Origin: Camelus ferus
Taxonomy: Eukaryota
Direction: 5' to 3'
Assembly (NCBI RefSeq): GCF_009834535.1
Contig: NC_045697.1
Span: 81,594,001 to 81,658,000 of the forward strand
Length of the DNA: 64,000 nucleotides
In this document: positions 1-12,732 of the stretch, piece after piece
Position numbering within the stretch: position 1 is the first letter of the stretch
Layout: the number at the start of each line of letters is the position of its first letter
Made by a program: the position numbers and the translations under genes
Notes under the pieces: model-generated
The model's database searches: none
What the model was told of the DNA's origin: nothing
Seen by the model: the letters and a program-made list of their open reading frames with translations, nothing else

Positions 1-380
1 AGTCTAATGCTGGTCTTACCAAGTTTCACTTACTACATATGTTAGATATTTCAATTTTTAAAAAAAGATACTCATTAGATTAAAGGCATTAGTTGGCTCA
101 AGTAATGGTTTTGGTCCAGACTTCCACTTTGTAGAGGAGTTCTGGAATGCTTCTCATTTTAGGGTTCATTTGATCGAAAAGTTCATAATATCATCAGCAT
201 TGTTGCTGCATTTTGTAGCAGTAAACTCAGTTTTGACTTTTGTAGTATGCTTCAACTCTGAGTCATCTTTACCGGCAAAAACAGACATGTTACTTAATTC
301 AGAGAAATACAGAATGTCTGCACTACATCTATTAATGAGCAAAATCACATTTTTTAATAATAAGCCTTCTTCAAACTTAC

Positions 381-491
381 CGTTTCTTAAGTGCAAAATG
401 TTTTATATGCCCATCCCTAGAACAACTGTGAGTAGGATGATGACGTGCTCTATCAAAGACATTTAGTCCTGCAAATTTCTCTGAGTGACAG
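381..491 (-). other. Candidate 111-nt exon of an unidentified minus-strand gene
   Basis: The minus strand reads ...cctaattgtgttgcAG|ctgtcac...aagaaACG|GTAAGT. The donor is near-consensus, the acceptor moderate, and the length divisible by 3. One frame is open (CHSEKFAGLNVFDRARHHPTHSCSRDGHIKHFALKK). Non-repetitive DNA; no homologue recognised. Confidence 0.35.
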
Positions 492-1188
492 CTGCAACAC
501 AATTAGGATGGGTGATTCTACCAAAGAAATTATGGTAATATTGATAGAAGAAGGGATGCAATAAGTGATGAAGGGAAATCACTACACATCTGCTATAGCA
601 GGTAAACAATTACAGTAGTATATCTCTTTCTGCCTGAAAGCTTTTTATCGTATGATTGGATATTGTTGATTATGTTTTATCTTTGAGCTATTAGAATTTC
701 ATGTAGGTTTATGTATGTGTCTTTTTTAAAAAAACAAAATAATGACAGTTATTTAAAAAAAATATGATAATTTTACCTGGTATTTTGAAATATTTAACAA
801 AAAAAATTTTAAAGCATGTGAGAATGTTAAGTGGCATCAAAACAGGAGCACAATGCCCTCCTTTTTCTGCCATGACTCTGCCACTAAAAGTTATACAATG
901 TACTAAAACCCTATGTGGCAAAATTAAGGAAGTTTTTTATTAATAATTATTTACATAGTAACTACTAAAAGTACATTCTAGAAAGTTAAATTATTCTAGT
1001 ATCTGCATTGGGAGGCAAATATAAAATTCAAAAACCCTGGATAGAAAAAAAAATTAGATATATCATGAAAGATACATTTGAAAAGAATCTGTTAGGAAGG
1101 AAAGACATTGTTAGAAAGAACAATACACAAATAGATACCTATATTTCATATCTTCAAATGATATATTGGTTAAATAAAAGGAAAGTAA

Positions 1189-1791
1189 TATTAGGCAGTT
1201 AGACAGAAATGAGCACCAGGCAAGGGGAGAGGAAGGGGGAGGGAACAATGCAGAAAATAACAGTATGCCTGGGCGGAGGATAAGGGGCTCCAAAAACTTT
1301 ACTTTCTCTAAATGAAGGCCTGCAAAGAAGCTGACTAGATTCAAATGCTGTGACTGCTTTGCAGTAGGCAGAAGGACCCGGCTTAACCTGACCCAAGCTC
1401 ATTATAATGTAATTAACATTGCAGTTTGAGCCCCCTCCTGTAGGTTTCTCTGTGTGGGTCATGGGTAAGAACATACCTAAAAGAGATGGGCGTGCCTGAG
1501 CACAAAGAACCTGAGCTGTCAATCAGCCTGAGCACTCAAAGAATGGAAGTCATCAATAATCAATCACAAAAACGCCCCCGACAAACAGGAAAAACAAAGG
1601 AGAGGCACTATTTTTCCTCTCTTGGATTGGCCCACCCCCAATTCTTGGGGAATGTACTATATTTTATTACCTTTTCACTTCACTGATAAAATCTTCTGTT
1701 TATATTATGCTGTCTGTCTCCTATTAGAAATTCATTTTTTCTGCATGTTTAAGAACCTACGTAATTTTTTATTCCCCTCTTCCCTGTAACA
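1189..1791 (+). mobile_element. ERV1-like solo LTR (603 bp)
   Basis: GC-richer block beginning TATTA (decayed TGTTA) and ending TAACA, flanked by a 4-bp direct repeat GTAA (1185-1188, 1792-1795). Orientation is inferred from a polyA-like gataaaa and a pyrimidine-rich U5-like end. Confidence 0.7.
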
Positions 1792-2669
1792 GTAATAACA
1801 TGAATTGTGTCAGTCACAGATAATATTTTTTTCCAAAATAAAAATGTATCTGCTGAGCATATATTACAAAAATAAATAAAGCCATTTTAGCACAACTGAT
1901 TTCCATATCTGAGCTGAAAAACAAATAGTCTACTGATGTGTAATAAAAATAAATACACTAATGCAGAAATGACAGATGTTATCAAGAATAAAAGACCTGT
2001 TGAATTAATAAGTCTTTTTTTTCTTTTCAATTCTTAATACTGGTGGTAAGGTGATTACCACTTAATATTTTACCATTATTTCAGATTGTCTGTGTTTATT
2101 AAGAAAATTTAAGGTGGGAAAATATAAGATGCTAGGGAAGGTATATAATTTTATCATGACTTTAAATATTCAATTTTGGTTGATTTAAATGTTTAAAGGA
2201 AATTAGTGGACAAAGAAACAGAGGCAAATATAGAATTAGAAAAAAAAAACAAAAAGAATAACTTAGCACTTCAGCCTTGTATTTTTCAATAAAAACTGTA
2301 CTAAAAATAACATAAATTGATTGATTTTGAATGAAATTTTTCACCCAAATGCAAATATAAACTTATATTATCTATGTGAAATTAACATCAAATTAATACA
2401 ATTATCACAGGTTATAAAACATATGCAATTACAAAACTATCTCTAATATCTCCAAATGCTTCGCTTAGTCATTAAAAAGTCTTGGGAAATAACAGACTTA
2501 CATCACACAGATGGCAAATTGATCACATTCATCACTATTTTAAGCATCATGTTTGTTGGCAGCCATCAAACATTTTACCTCATACATATGATTACTAATG
2601 TTTTTACATAATTAACCTTATTAATATTAAAAATTCCAACATTATATTCAAGCCAAAGTAAATGTTGCC

Positions 2670-3889
2670 AACATATAAACCAGTGGAACAGAATAGAGAG
2701 CCCAGAAATGAACCCACAAACTTTTGGTCAACTAATCTTCAACAAAGGAGGCAAGAATATACAATGGAATAAAAACAGTCTCTTCAGCAAATGGTGTTGG
2801 GAAAACTGGACAGCAGCATGTAAATCATTTAAGCTAGAACACTCCCTTACACAATACACAAAAATAAACTCAAAATGGATCAAAGACTTAAACATAAGAT
2901 AAGATACAATAAACCTCCTAGAAGAAAATATAGGCAAAACATTATCTGACATACATTTCAAAAATATTCTCCTAGAGCAGGGTTCCTGGGTCATATCATA
3001 AGTATATTCCTAGTCTTTTGAGGAATCTCCATAGTGTTTTCCACAGTGGCTGTACCAAACTTCATTCCCACCAGCAGTGTAAGAGGGTTCCCCTTTCTCC
3101 ACAGCCTCTCCAGCATTTGTCATTTGTGGACTTTTGAATGATGGCCATTCAGACTGGTGTGAGGTGATACCTGATTGTAGTTTTGATTTGCATTTCTCTG
3201 ATAATTAGCAGTATGGAGCATTTTTTCACGTGCCTATTGATCATTTGTATTTCTTTCTTGGAGAATTACTTGTTTAGGTCTTTTGCCCATTCCAGAAGGA
3301 ACCCTACTTCAAAATGATACCTGCACCCCAATGTTCATAGAAGCACTATTTACAATAGCCAAGACATGGAAACAGCCTAAATATCCATCAACAGATAACT
3401 GAATAAAGAAGTGGTGGTATATTTATACAAAAGAATATTATTCAGCCATAAAAACCGACAACATAACGCCATTTGCAGCAACATGGATGTTCCTGGAGAA
3501 TGTCATTCTAAGTGAAGTAAGCCAGAAAGAGAAAGAAAAATACCATATAAGATCACTCAAATGTGGAATTAAAAAAAAAAACATAAATACAAAACAGAAA
3601 CAGACTCACAGACATAGAATACAAACTTGTGGTTGCTAAGGGAGTGGGGCGTGGGAAGGGACAGACTGGGATTTCAAAATGTAGAATAGATTAAAAAGAC
3701 TATACTGTATAGCACACAGGGAAATATATACAAAATCTTACAGTAGCTCACAGAGAAAAAAATGTGACAATGAATGTATGTATGTTCATGTATAACTGAA
3801 AAATTGCACTCTACACTGGAATTTGACACAATACTGTAAAATGATTATAACAATAAAAAATGTTAAAAAAAAACAAAAACAAATATCAA
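2670..3889 (+). mobile_element. Young 5'-truncated LINE-1 with an internal inverted segment (2981-3290)
   Basis: ORF 2708-2902 is L1 ORF2 ([11 protein letters not shown]). 2981-3290 is antisense ORF2. 3291-3889 is the sense ORF2 end, 3'UTR and A-rich tail. TSD aaagtaaat(g/t)ttgcc at 2655-2669 and 3890-3904. Confidence 0.95.
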
Positions 3890-6429
3890 AAAGTAAATTT
3901 TGCCTTACTTAGATTTTTAATGCTGCCTTACTTTCAAATGTCTTAGATGATTTTCATGTTTTATTGAAACAAGTTTTATATTAAAGATAAGTTAGAAGTT
4001 AAAGCTTAGTTTACCCAGAAGTATGAGAAAACAGAGAAACTTTTTAGAATGATATATCTAGATCACTTTTCTCCTGCTGCAATGTTTCACAGTCTCTTCC
4101 TCAGAGAAATCTTGGGTTCCTCAGAGAATCAAGTTCTTATTAGATAATTAAGACAAATTTCAGTTAGAATAATAACTTTCCTTGAAATAATGTTACAAGC
4201 AATATTCTAAATTTGGATATTACATGACCATTTCCTAATAGAACCCAGAAATCTTGTCTCTAACGTATTTTGTAATACAATATACTTATGAAGCTTCTGG
4301 CTATATACACATCAGCTTATAAAACCTACAAAATATATCAAAATAGTGAAACAATTTTTTTTAGAATTACTATATTATTAAACAAGAGAGTAAACTATTT
4401 AAAATAAAGAAATATAAAGTATTAAACCGATAATACTTTACCAGTATTAACCTCCATCATTTTAATAATACTGTTACAGAATCCAGTCATAAACTTTAAT
4501 AAAATAATCATATGTATCAGGGGTTAGAATCCAGGTATCCTGAAGTGTCTTAGCACTCAAACTACTAGCATATTTTATTGATTAATTCAATGATTGCAAA
4601 TATTTTATCTTTCACTTTTTAAGTCACCTGAACTTATGTACTTTTAAGTTGGTTAAATAATGTTCACATGATTTTCCAGTTTGTTTATTAATTGCATAAT
4701 TAGTGGATAATTTTCAGTATATTCACATTAGGTTTCAGCTGGAGGAAAGGGCTCTGTATTGTCATATAATTCACTATATTTAAAATCAGTTATAATTATC
4801 ATATAGTTACTTCATATGGAAGGTGACTATTCAATTCACAAGTAAAGTAACAGATTGTTAATAAATACAGAAAAGTGTTTTAATAATTTATGTCTCAAAA
4901 ATTATTGACTCTCTGAACGTGTTTTCCTTTTTAAAATAGAATATGGTATTTCATTCAAAAAATTATAAAAATAAAAGATACCATCAAAAATACAATAAAT
5001 ACATTTTCTAAGACAAGCCCTTTCAATTGATTCCTTCCTGGTTAGATAAAAGATATCATTTGTACAAAATTATGGCCAAATTTATTTATTATGCTTTTAA
5101 GTGATATTTTAAATCATTTGAGGATTATCGGGCAAGCAAAATATCTAAAAGATACATTGTTGAACTCTAGTGGACTATAAAATGTATACATTTCAATGAT
5201 TTAAAGTACTGTTATATTAATTATCACAGTCTAAGATATATTTTTCATTTTTTTATAAGTAAAAAAGTATGCAAGGAAGTCATATAATTTGCTTAGGATG
5301 ATATAGCCAGGTGTAGAGTTCAGCTACACATTGAGTTTACAGTGAAGGAATAGGGCTTATAGAGTAGCATAAGTTCAGATACACGTTTCATGGAAAATTC
5401 TTTACAAGAAGAAAAATCATCAAAGTATGCTATCAGGAAGACACTTATAAGCAATCAATATTTGACATTTAAGAGAAACAGGAACATAAGACTCAGTAAG
5501 ATTATAAAATTTGCATTACTTTATATGCATTTCAGTCTATATTTTTTTCAAAAAAGAGAATGTAGGGACACATTTTCTTCTCAAATACAAAATCAAAGTA
5601 GGTAACATTTTCTCATATAAACTCAACTTACAAGTTTCATATATTATCTATGAATGCCATTAATTTAAATATTGCATTAACTCAGAAAATTGGCAGTAGC
5701 TCTTCCAAACCTGTTATAGCTCATTGAGTGGTAAATAGGGCAAGGACAACTCTTAATTAAATTCATATGTGGTAGCTCTTTGCTAAATTAGCAACAAATG
5801 AGGAGACTCAAGATTTTCTCTTCATATCTTTAAAAAAATTAACAATTTCTCTAAGTATTGTTTCTCTTATGAAAGTAATTATAATAATTAAGCTCTGCCT
5901 ATCTAATAGAGAATATTTGATAATGAAATCCACAAAAAAAGATACCTACTAGGGATCAAAAAATACAATTCCACATAGTAGTTTATGCCTTAAAGGAATT
6001 GTTATGTAACCACATCACCAATCTTTGCTCTTTATGGCAATGGTTATGAGGTAATTTTCCCTACACAGCTTTATATTAAAATTAATAAAAGAACAGTCAA
6101 GTTTTAAAACTATTCAAGTACATTTTCTTTTAATTTACTTTATTTTGCGGAAAAGGACTGCTTTTTAATATTTTATGTAAGTAATGGCTTGTAAAATAAA
6201 GCAGTAAAATATCTTGAGACTTAAAAAGTGAACTGTCCATTTTATTTAGAAGCTTATTATGTTTCTCTATTTAGTTTCCAAGTATATTTAAATTATTGCC
6301 AGACCAGCTACTTTGTGTTCAACTCTATTTTCAATTCAGCCACATATGATGACAATAATCCAGAATAATTTTATATTTTTATAGACTATATGATAATTGC
6401 TATCTTTATTTCTTCAGAAATTATCAATA

Positions 6430-6650
6430 ATATAAACTCCATCAGGGAAGACCAGTATTTTATTCCTTACACTATACCCAGAGTTTAGAATGAAGCCTCA
6501 TATCTAATTGGTATTTAGTGTTTTCCGAATAAATGCACAAGGGATACTGCCATTCATTTATTTCTCCTTTGTGCTAAGTACTCCTCTAGGGATTGGGACA
6601 CAGCAGTCAAAAAAATACAGAGAGTTTTCCTGTCATGGATTTTATATTTT
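6430..6650. mobile_element. Two degraded LINE-2 3'-end fragments in opposite orientation
   Basis: 6430-6535 resembles the L2 terminus (taaactccatcaggg...gaataaatg). 6550-6650 resembles its reverse complement. Confidence 0.45.
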
Positions 6651-7162
6651 TTAAGAGCTGGAGAATGAACAAATTTTACAGAGACTCTCACATATCACTG
6701 AGAGATTAATACTACAATAAAAATTAAAGCAGTGGAAAGGTATAGACAGTGAAAACACATGAATTTCCATAATACATAAAGTAATTTTTATGAAATATTT
6801 TAATAGATTGTACACCCCCAAGAGAAAAAAAGATACAATAATTTGGAATTTCATCAATAATGTTTTGTATGTTCCCTTTGGAGGAACTTTGTATCTGGTT
6901 GTTTCATAGAACATACATTAGATATGCCATCAAAGTCAGCTTTATGCAATATAACCTGTGATAGAAAACATCTATTTCTTACAAATTGTCATAGTAAATA
7001 AGCACTGCAATATTATTAAACTAACATTAAAAAATGATTGATTAAAAAATGTGTCTTTTCATTAAAAACTTTACAAAAAATACAATTTTTAAAGCACTGT
7101 ACTGAGCACTAGTAACACAGATTTAAACAAAATATGCTCTTTTTCCTAAAAGAGTTCACTGT

Positions 7163-7214
7163 CCTTACTAATATAATTCTTGGATGAACCTTACTAATAT
7201 AATTCTTGGATAAA
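7163..7214. repeat. 26-bp tandem duplication
   Basis: ccttactaatataattcttggat(g/a)aa twice, 1 mismatch. Confidence 0.95.
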
Positions 7215-7304
7215 TAAAGCTCTTTAACATTTTCTCAGAACTGAAAAATCAGTAATAGTTGAGAAGGAAATTCAAATATCTATGTAGTCAAAACACAACA
7301 GCAA

Positions 7305-10300
7305 AATTCCTTTCTACTACTGACTAAGTTCTTATAGGACTGATTCCTCTGCAAAAAAACAACTATAAAATGTAGACATAAGAAATTACCTGGAGGAACT
7401 AGAGAATGAAACCCAGCGGGCAAATTCTTATGAGCATACAAATTGGAGGAACCAAGTCACATGCAGTGAGTTCTCGTTTTCACAACTTTTAGCCAGACAC
7501 ATTCCAGTGTGATACCTGCGGCGTTGGTGGAAAATATACAATTATTCTTGTCTAAGGAGCCAGAAACCTAAATTCAGGAAGACTGCTGGGTAAGTAGATA
7601 GGGAATGTCAGGTAGAAAAAAGCCACAGAGGAGATCCTCAAATTCTCTCTACCCACATTCTGGCCAGTGTGAAGGAAGCATATGCTAAACAGAGTCAAAG
7701 CTGCTCAATTCAAAATATCTGATGAGACTGAAATATTTGGTCCTCAAATAGACTTTGGAGAGTGATGTCAGCGAGATGGAGGAGTAGGAATCCCTACCTC
7801 TCATTCTTCCACCAATACAATGAACTAACAATGGCACTGGTACCAAGATACCTTGAAGAGAAATTTAGCATACAGTGAAGAAGTAGAAGCACTCTGGAGG
7901 AGCACAAACTGAAAGCTGTCACATTTCAGTGGGTAAGAAGAGCTATTTCACTTTACCCTTGACAGTCCTTTCTTCAGATCTTCTTTGCGCCAAGATAGAA
8001 GATTGCCTTTGATTTCTTCCATGGGGAAACTGAGAATTTGGAGCGTGCTACTGGTCTCTCAGGGCATCCTGCATGGGGCCAGCTCCCACCTCACCTCACA
8101 AGGGGTGCTACAACTTGCAGAGCCTGCTACTCTGCCAGAGGTAGGAACAAAGGAAAGGGGAAATCATGTCCTTACAGAGAAGTACAGCTCTGTGAGACTG
8201 GGAATCGGTCCAGAACTGAGGTTCTTTTTCTTCCATTAGGGCGAGAAGTGAAGAGGACCTCATTCCCAGCATTTTAGAAATTTCTATCTTACTGCATACC
8301 AAACACTGAACAACTTAGAGAACACAGTCCCCTGGAACAGTTAGCAATAAAGAAAAGGTGCAGGCATCCTCCTGCATCCTACACTGCTTTGCATGGCTAT
8401 GAAAGAAGCAGAGAGCTGAGACTTTTCTTTCAAAAGGAAAACCAAAAAAAAAAAAAAAAAAAAAATTGAGATAGGTATAAGAAAATGTCCTTAACATCAT
8501 TAATCATAGGGAAATGCAAATTAAAATCACAATGAAATATCACCTCAACTTCTTAGAATGGCTGCCATCAAAATGACAAAAGATAACAACTGTTGGCAAG
8601 AATGTGAAGAAAAGAGAACCCTTGTGCACAGCTGGTGGGATTGTAAATTGATACAGGCCTTACGGAAATTCCTCAAAAAATAACAATATGATCTACCAAC
8701 GTACTTCTGAGTATATATCTAAAGGAAATAAAGTCAGTATATCAAAGAGATATCTGCACTCCTATGTTCATGACAGCATTCTTTACAATAGTCAAGATAC
8801 GGAAACAACCTGAGTGTTGACACATGAATGGATAAAGAAATTGTGAGGTATATATATATATATATATATGGATATTATTCAGCTCTAAAAAAGAGGGGAA
8901 CTTTGCCATTTGTGACAACATGGATGATCCTAGAGAACTTTAATGCTAAGTTAAATAAGCCAGATGAAAAAAGACAAATACTCTGTGATCTAACTTTTAT
9001 GTACAATCTAAAAAAGTCAAACACTCAGAAGCACAAACTAGAATAGTGGGTACCAGGAGCTGGGGGCAGGAGAAATAGGGAGATGTTGCTTACAAGGTAG
9101 AAGGTTTCAGTTATACGGGATGAGTAAGTTCTGGAGATGTAATGTGCAGCATGGTGACTATAGTTAGTATCATTGTATTGTATACTAGAAATTAGCTTAG
9201 AAGGTATATTTTAATTGTTCTCATCAATAAAAGGTGAGGTGTTAAATATATTTATTAGCTTGATCATGTTAATCATTTCACAATGTATATGGATACCAAA
9301 ACATCATCTTCACACCTTAAATACATATAATTTTTATTTGTCCATTATACCTCAGTATAGCTGGGGGAAAAATAAAAAATAGAGTTTACAGTCAAGTCCA
9401 ACCAAGATAATTACCTACTAAAGCAAAAGCAACAACACTTATTAGAGAAAAACAATATACTCCAGATTTTTCATCACTTACAATATGATACAATCCAAAA
9501 TTAACTGAAAGGTAAAAATAAAAAAAAATGGAATTCATTCTTCACAGAAAATAAAATTCACTGATTCCAATCCTGAAATTACCCAGTAACTGCAACTTGA
9601 GATAAGAAAGTTAATGTGGTTTCTTTAAAATACTTTCAATGATGTAAAACAAAATATGCTTGCAGGATTAAAAAATAATAAATCTCAGCAGAGAAACTGA
9701 ATTATAAAAAAGAAGTGATTATGGAACTGAGAATCCATTATCTTACATAAGCAAATCAATGTAAAGACTAAAGAGTCAAACGAAGATAACATAGGAAAGA
9801 GTAAGTATAGTTAAAGATAGAGCACATAGACTGAACAAAGAAGAGAAAAACACTAAAAAATAAATTCAAAAGTGATTGTGAAGACTGTTAGATAATATGA
9901 AAGTGATTAACACAGTAACAAATTAGAATCCCAGTGTGAAGGGAAAGAAAAAATGTGAATGAAAAATATTTGAAGAAATAATGATCAAAAATTCCTAAAA
10001 TTGACGGAAGATATAAAATTGATGGAAGTTATAAATTTGGACATTCAAGTTGCAAATTAAAAAACCACAAGGAGTTTCTACTACAATCTCAGTGAAATGG
10101 CTAAAAGTATAAAGAGGCCAAGAATATGGAGTGTTGGCAAAAATATTGACCAAATGGAACTTATACATTGCTGGTGGAATGTAAAATTACATAATCCTTT
10201 CAGAAATTCGTAAGCAGTATTTTATAAAATTAAATCTACACTTATGATATGACCCAGCAATCTCATTCTTCAGAATTCACCCAAGAGAAATAAAAATATG

Positions 10301-10780
10301 CTTTCAAAGAAAGATCTGTAAACAATAAATATTTTATTGCAGTACTACTTTTAATAGTTAGAACTATTAATAAAGTAAAATGTCAATCACTGGTAAATTA
10401 AAAGATAGTGTTATATCTATACTGTGTTCTTGTGTTTAGCAATTTATAGAGTAGTATACTGATGAACAAAATATGGATAATTATAAAAATACTGGTATTG
10501 AATCACCAAAAGTACATACTGTATGATTTGATCCATAGGAATTCTAGAAAAGGAGAATTAGTAATAGAAGCAGAGCAGTGGTTGCCAGAGCAGAAAGTTG
10601 AGGGTGGAGCTCAACATGAAAAGCACAGGATAGAATGTAAGTTGGTGAAAATGTTCTGTATTTTGATTGTGATGGTAGTTACATTACTGTAAAAATGCCA
10701 AAATTCATCAAACTGTATATTTAAAATAGACAAATTATATTTTTATTGTATACAAATTACACATTAATAAAACTGAGGGA
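7305..10780 (+). mobile_element. Old LINE-1 (L1MC/L1ME-like): 5'UTR, ORF1 remnants, ORF2 end and 3'UTR, interrupted by a younger L1 at 7757-9376
   Basis: 5'UTR-like sequence resumes after the insert (agagtttacagtcaagtccaaccaag). ORF1-like gaaaaatatttgaagaaataatg near 9960. ORF2-end motifs (tatgacccagcaatc) near 10250. 3'UTR ends acattaataaaa. May be more than one element. Confidence 0.7.
7757..9376 (+). mobile_element. LINE-1 (L1MA-type) with the 5'UTR joined directly to the ORF2 end/3'UTR
   Basis: Starts ggagagtgatgtcagcgagatggaggag (L1M 5' terminus-like). ORF2 C-terminal remnants run from about 8400 (ORF 8828-9046: YYSALKK..PFVTTWM). L1MA8/9-like 3'UTR. TSD aaataga(c/g)ttt at 7746-7756 and 9377-9387. 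Confidence 0.8.
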
Positions 10781-10877
10781 AATACAACCAGCTGCTTCAT
10801 CAGAATGTAAGCCCAAAGAAGGCAAGAAGTATACTGATGGCTGAACAATTAAAAGCAGCCACGAGCTACATTCTTAC

Positions 10878-11341
10878 CTGTCAATATAAAACATATATAT
10901 ACTTAAATTACTATTTGTGCATGTATTTTTTACGAACTTTTGAAATCTAAATATATTTGAGATCAAGTAAGCTTTTATTTCCCACAAAGAAAATATGTGA
11001 AATTAATTATGTAATTTGATAATACATTATTGTAGTTTATCATTCTGATTTTTTGCCTTGTGATTTTTCTAAGATTCATGATTTACTGATTTGTAAATGT
11101 TAAGAGTGAAAAAACATGTTCACTGAAAATATGGCGGACACAGACTGCTGTACCAAAACAGCAAAAATCAAAAGCACTTTTTTTTTTTTTTTTTACTGTG
11201 TTTTCTTTTCCCTCCTTGCTTTTTTCAGGACATATTCTTTCCCCAACCATAGTAAATCAAAAACCAATGATTCAAAGAAAACACAAATCTAAGAGTAACA
11301 AAAATTCTGATTTGTAGAAGCAGTATTTCACCTTTAAGTGC
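10878..11341 (-). other. Candidate non-coding (5'UTR-like) exon
   Basis: Strong acceptor ttgcttctctcttttctctcccttttcAG| before 11341 and strong donor CAG|GTAAGA after 10878, in unique sequence. The pairing of the two sites is inferred. Confidence 0.3.
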
Positions 11342-11700
11342 CTGAAAAGGGAGAGAAAAGAGAGAAGCAATCTGCTGGAATATACTGGTGGAAGTCAAGT
11401 ACTTAGTATAATAAAGAAGGCCACCACTGAGAGCCTTAGAGACGGGGGAGGGACGGCGAGGATAAAGTACCACTGAGTATGTTTTTAGTTGCAAGCTGCC
11501 TACACTGTAACAGTGGAAGACATTTCTAAGCACATGCCCCTGCGCTGTTTCAAACCAATGGAAGACAGGGACTTTGCACACCCTGTGTGTAGCGGTGGAC
11601 TGAAGGGAAAACTTTATCCGCTGACCAGGAAATAAATCAACAGAACCACAGAAGGAGTTTCTCATGAACATTGGCAGGGAATACCCTCTGCCATTCTTAT
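11125..11700. promoter_or_regulatory. Candidate promoter/enhancer
   Basis: Unique, locally GC-richer DNA with several retained CpGs, a YY1-like aatATGGCGG (11128-11137), two aaCCAATg boxes and a G-rich ggggagggacggcg stretch. Confidence 0.4.
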
Positions 11701-12732
11701 TCTTCTTAGAGGGGAAAAAAAAAAAAGCTGCTCCAGTCTAATCATATCCACTTAATGTAGTTCCCCAGAAAGAATGAGATTCATGCCCAAAGAGGCAAGA
11801 TGAAATAGTCAGTTTGACATCCAGATGCCTCATTACAATGAATCAACGCTAGTCATCTTGTGACTTTATCAGGAGAAAAAAAATTTTCTTTCCCATTATA
11901 TCCAAATGCTACTCAGAAATTTCTTGGCTGTCTAAAATTATTTTTGAACATTTCAGTTTCCCCAGCAATAATTTGGCAGGGTTAGCAACCTCTACTAACT
12001 AAGTCACTGCTGAAAAAGAACAATTCATCTTTGCTGGCTTGTGCATCATTTTTGTTTGTTTGCCACTGTTGTTTCTCTGTTTTCCACATCTAAACCTTGG
12101 TGAATTCAGCTGTGTGCTGGTGCATCCTGATAGTATTTCTTTTGCCTTCATTTAAAATGGAAAACACCAGCTGTTCAGATGTCGTGCTTTACATCTGTCT
12201 CCTCATCCTGGTCTGCTTTCTAAATTCACAGTTCCATCAAGGTCATTACTATTCTTTCCAATTACTATGGGTCACAATTTTAGCATTACTTTGACTTCTA
12301 TTACTGTTTCACCTCCAATTAGATCGCTTATCAATTTTCCTTTGTTAATGACCCTCAGATTCATCTCTTCCATTTGGCCTGTCACAACAAGATTTTCCAA
12401 TCCCTCTTTCCTTTGCATTTATCAGAATATGTAACTTCTATGTTGTTTCCAGATTAACACTCTTCAAACATTGCTTTCAGCACTTATTCCCTTGGTCAAA
12501 ACCTTTTGCTTCTCTGAACTGTCTAGCATATTGGATCCAAATGCCTCAAGTTGGCACCTAAGACTTTCCATAACCTGAGCTTCTCTCACGGTCCTTCTCC
12601 CATAGCTCTCACTTCTCAGGCATGCTTGTATTTCTAAATGTATGGTGCTGTCTTGGCTGAGAAGTCTTATCTAAGAGAGATGTGTCTTTTCACCATATTT
12701 AAGACACACATTTTTGATTTCACAGTGATATA

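Noticed and set aside
166..466. ORFs 166-396 (-) and 170-466 (+) as standalone genes
   Set aside because: Both use TTG starts, match no protein I recognise, and are of chance length. The minus ORF crosses a strong splice donor.
11225..11671. 148-aa minus-strand ORF
   Set aside because: No recognisable domain, and it runs through a polypyrimidine tract. It is better explained as regulatory or UTR sequence.
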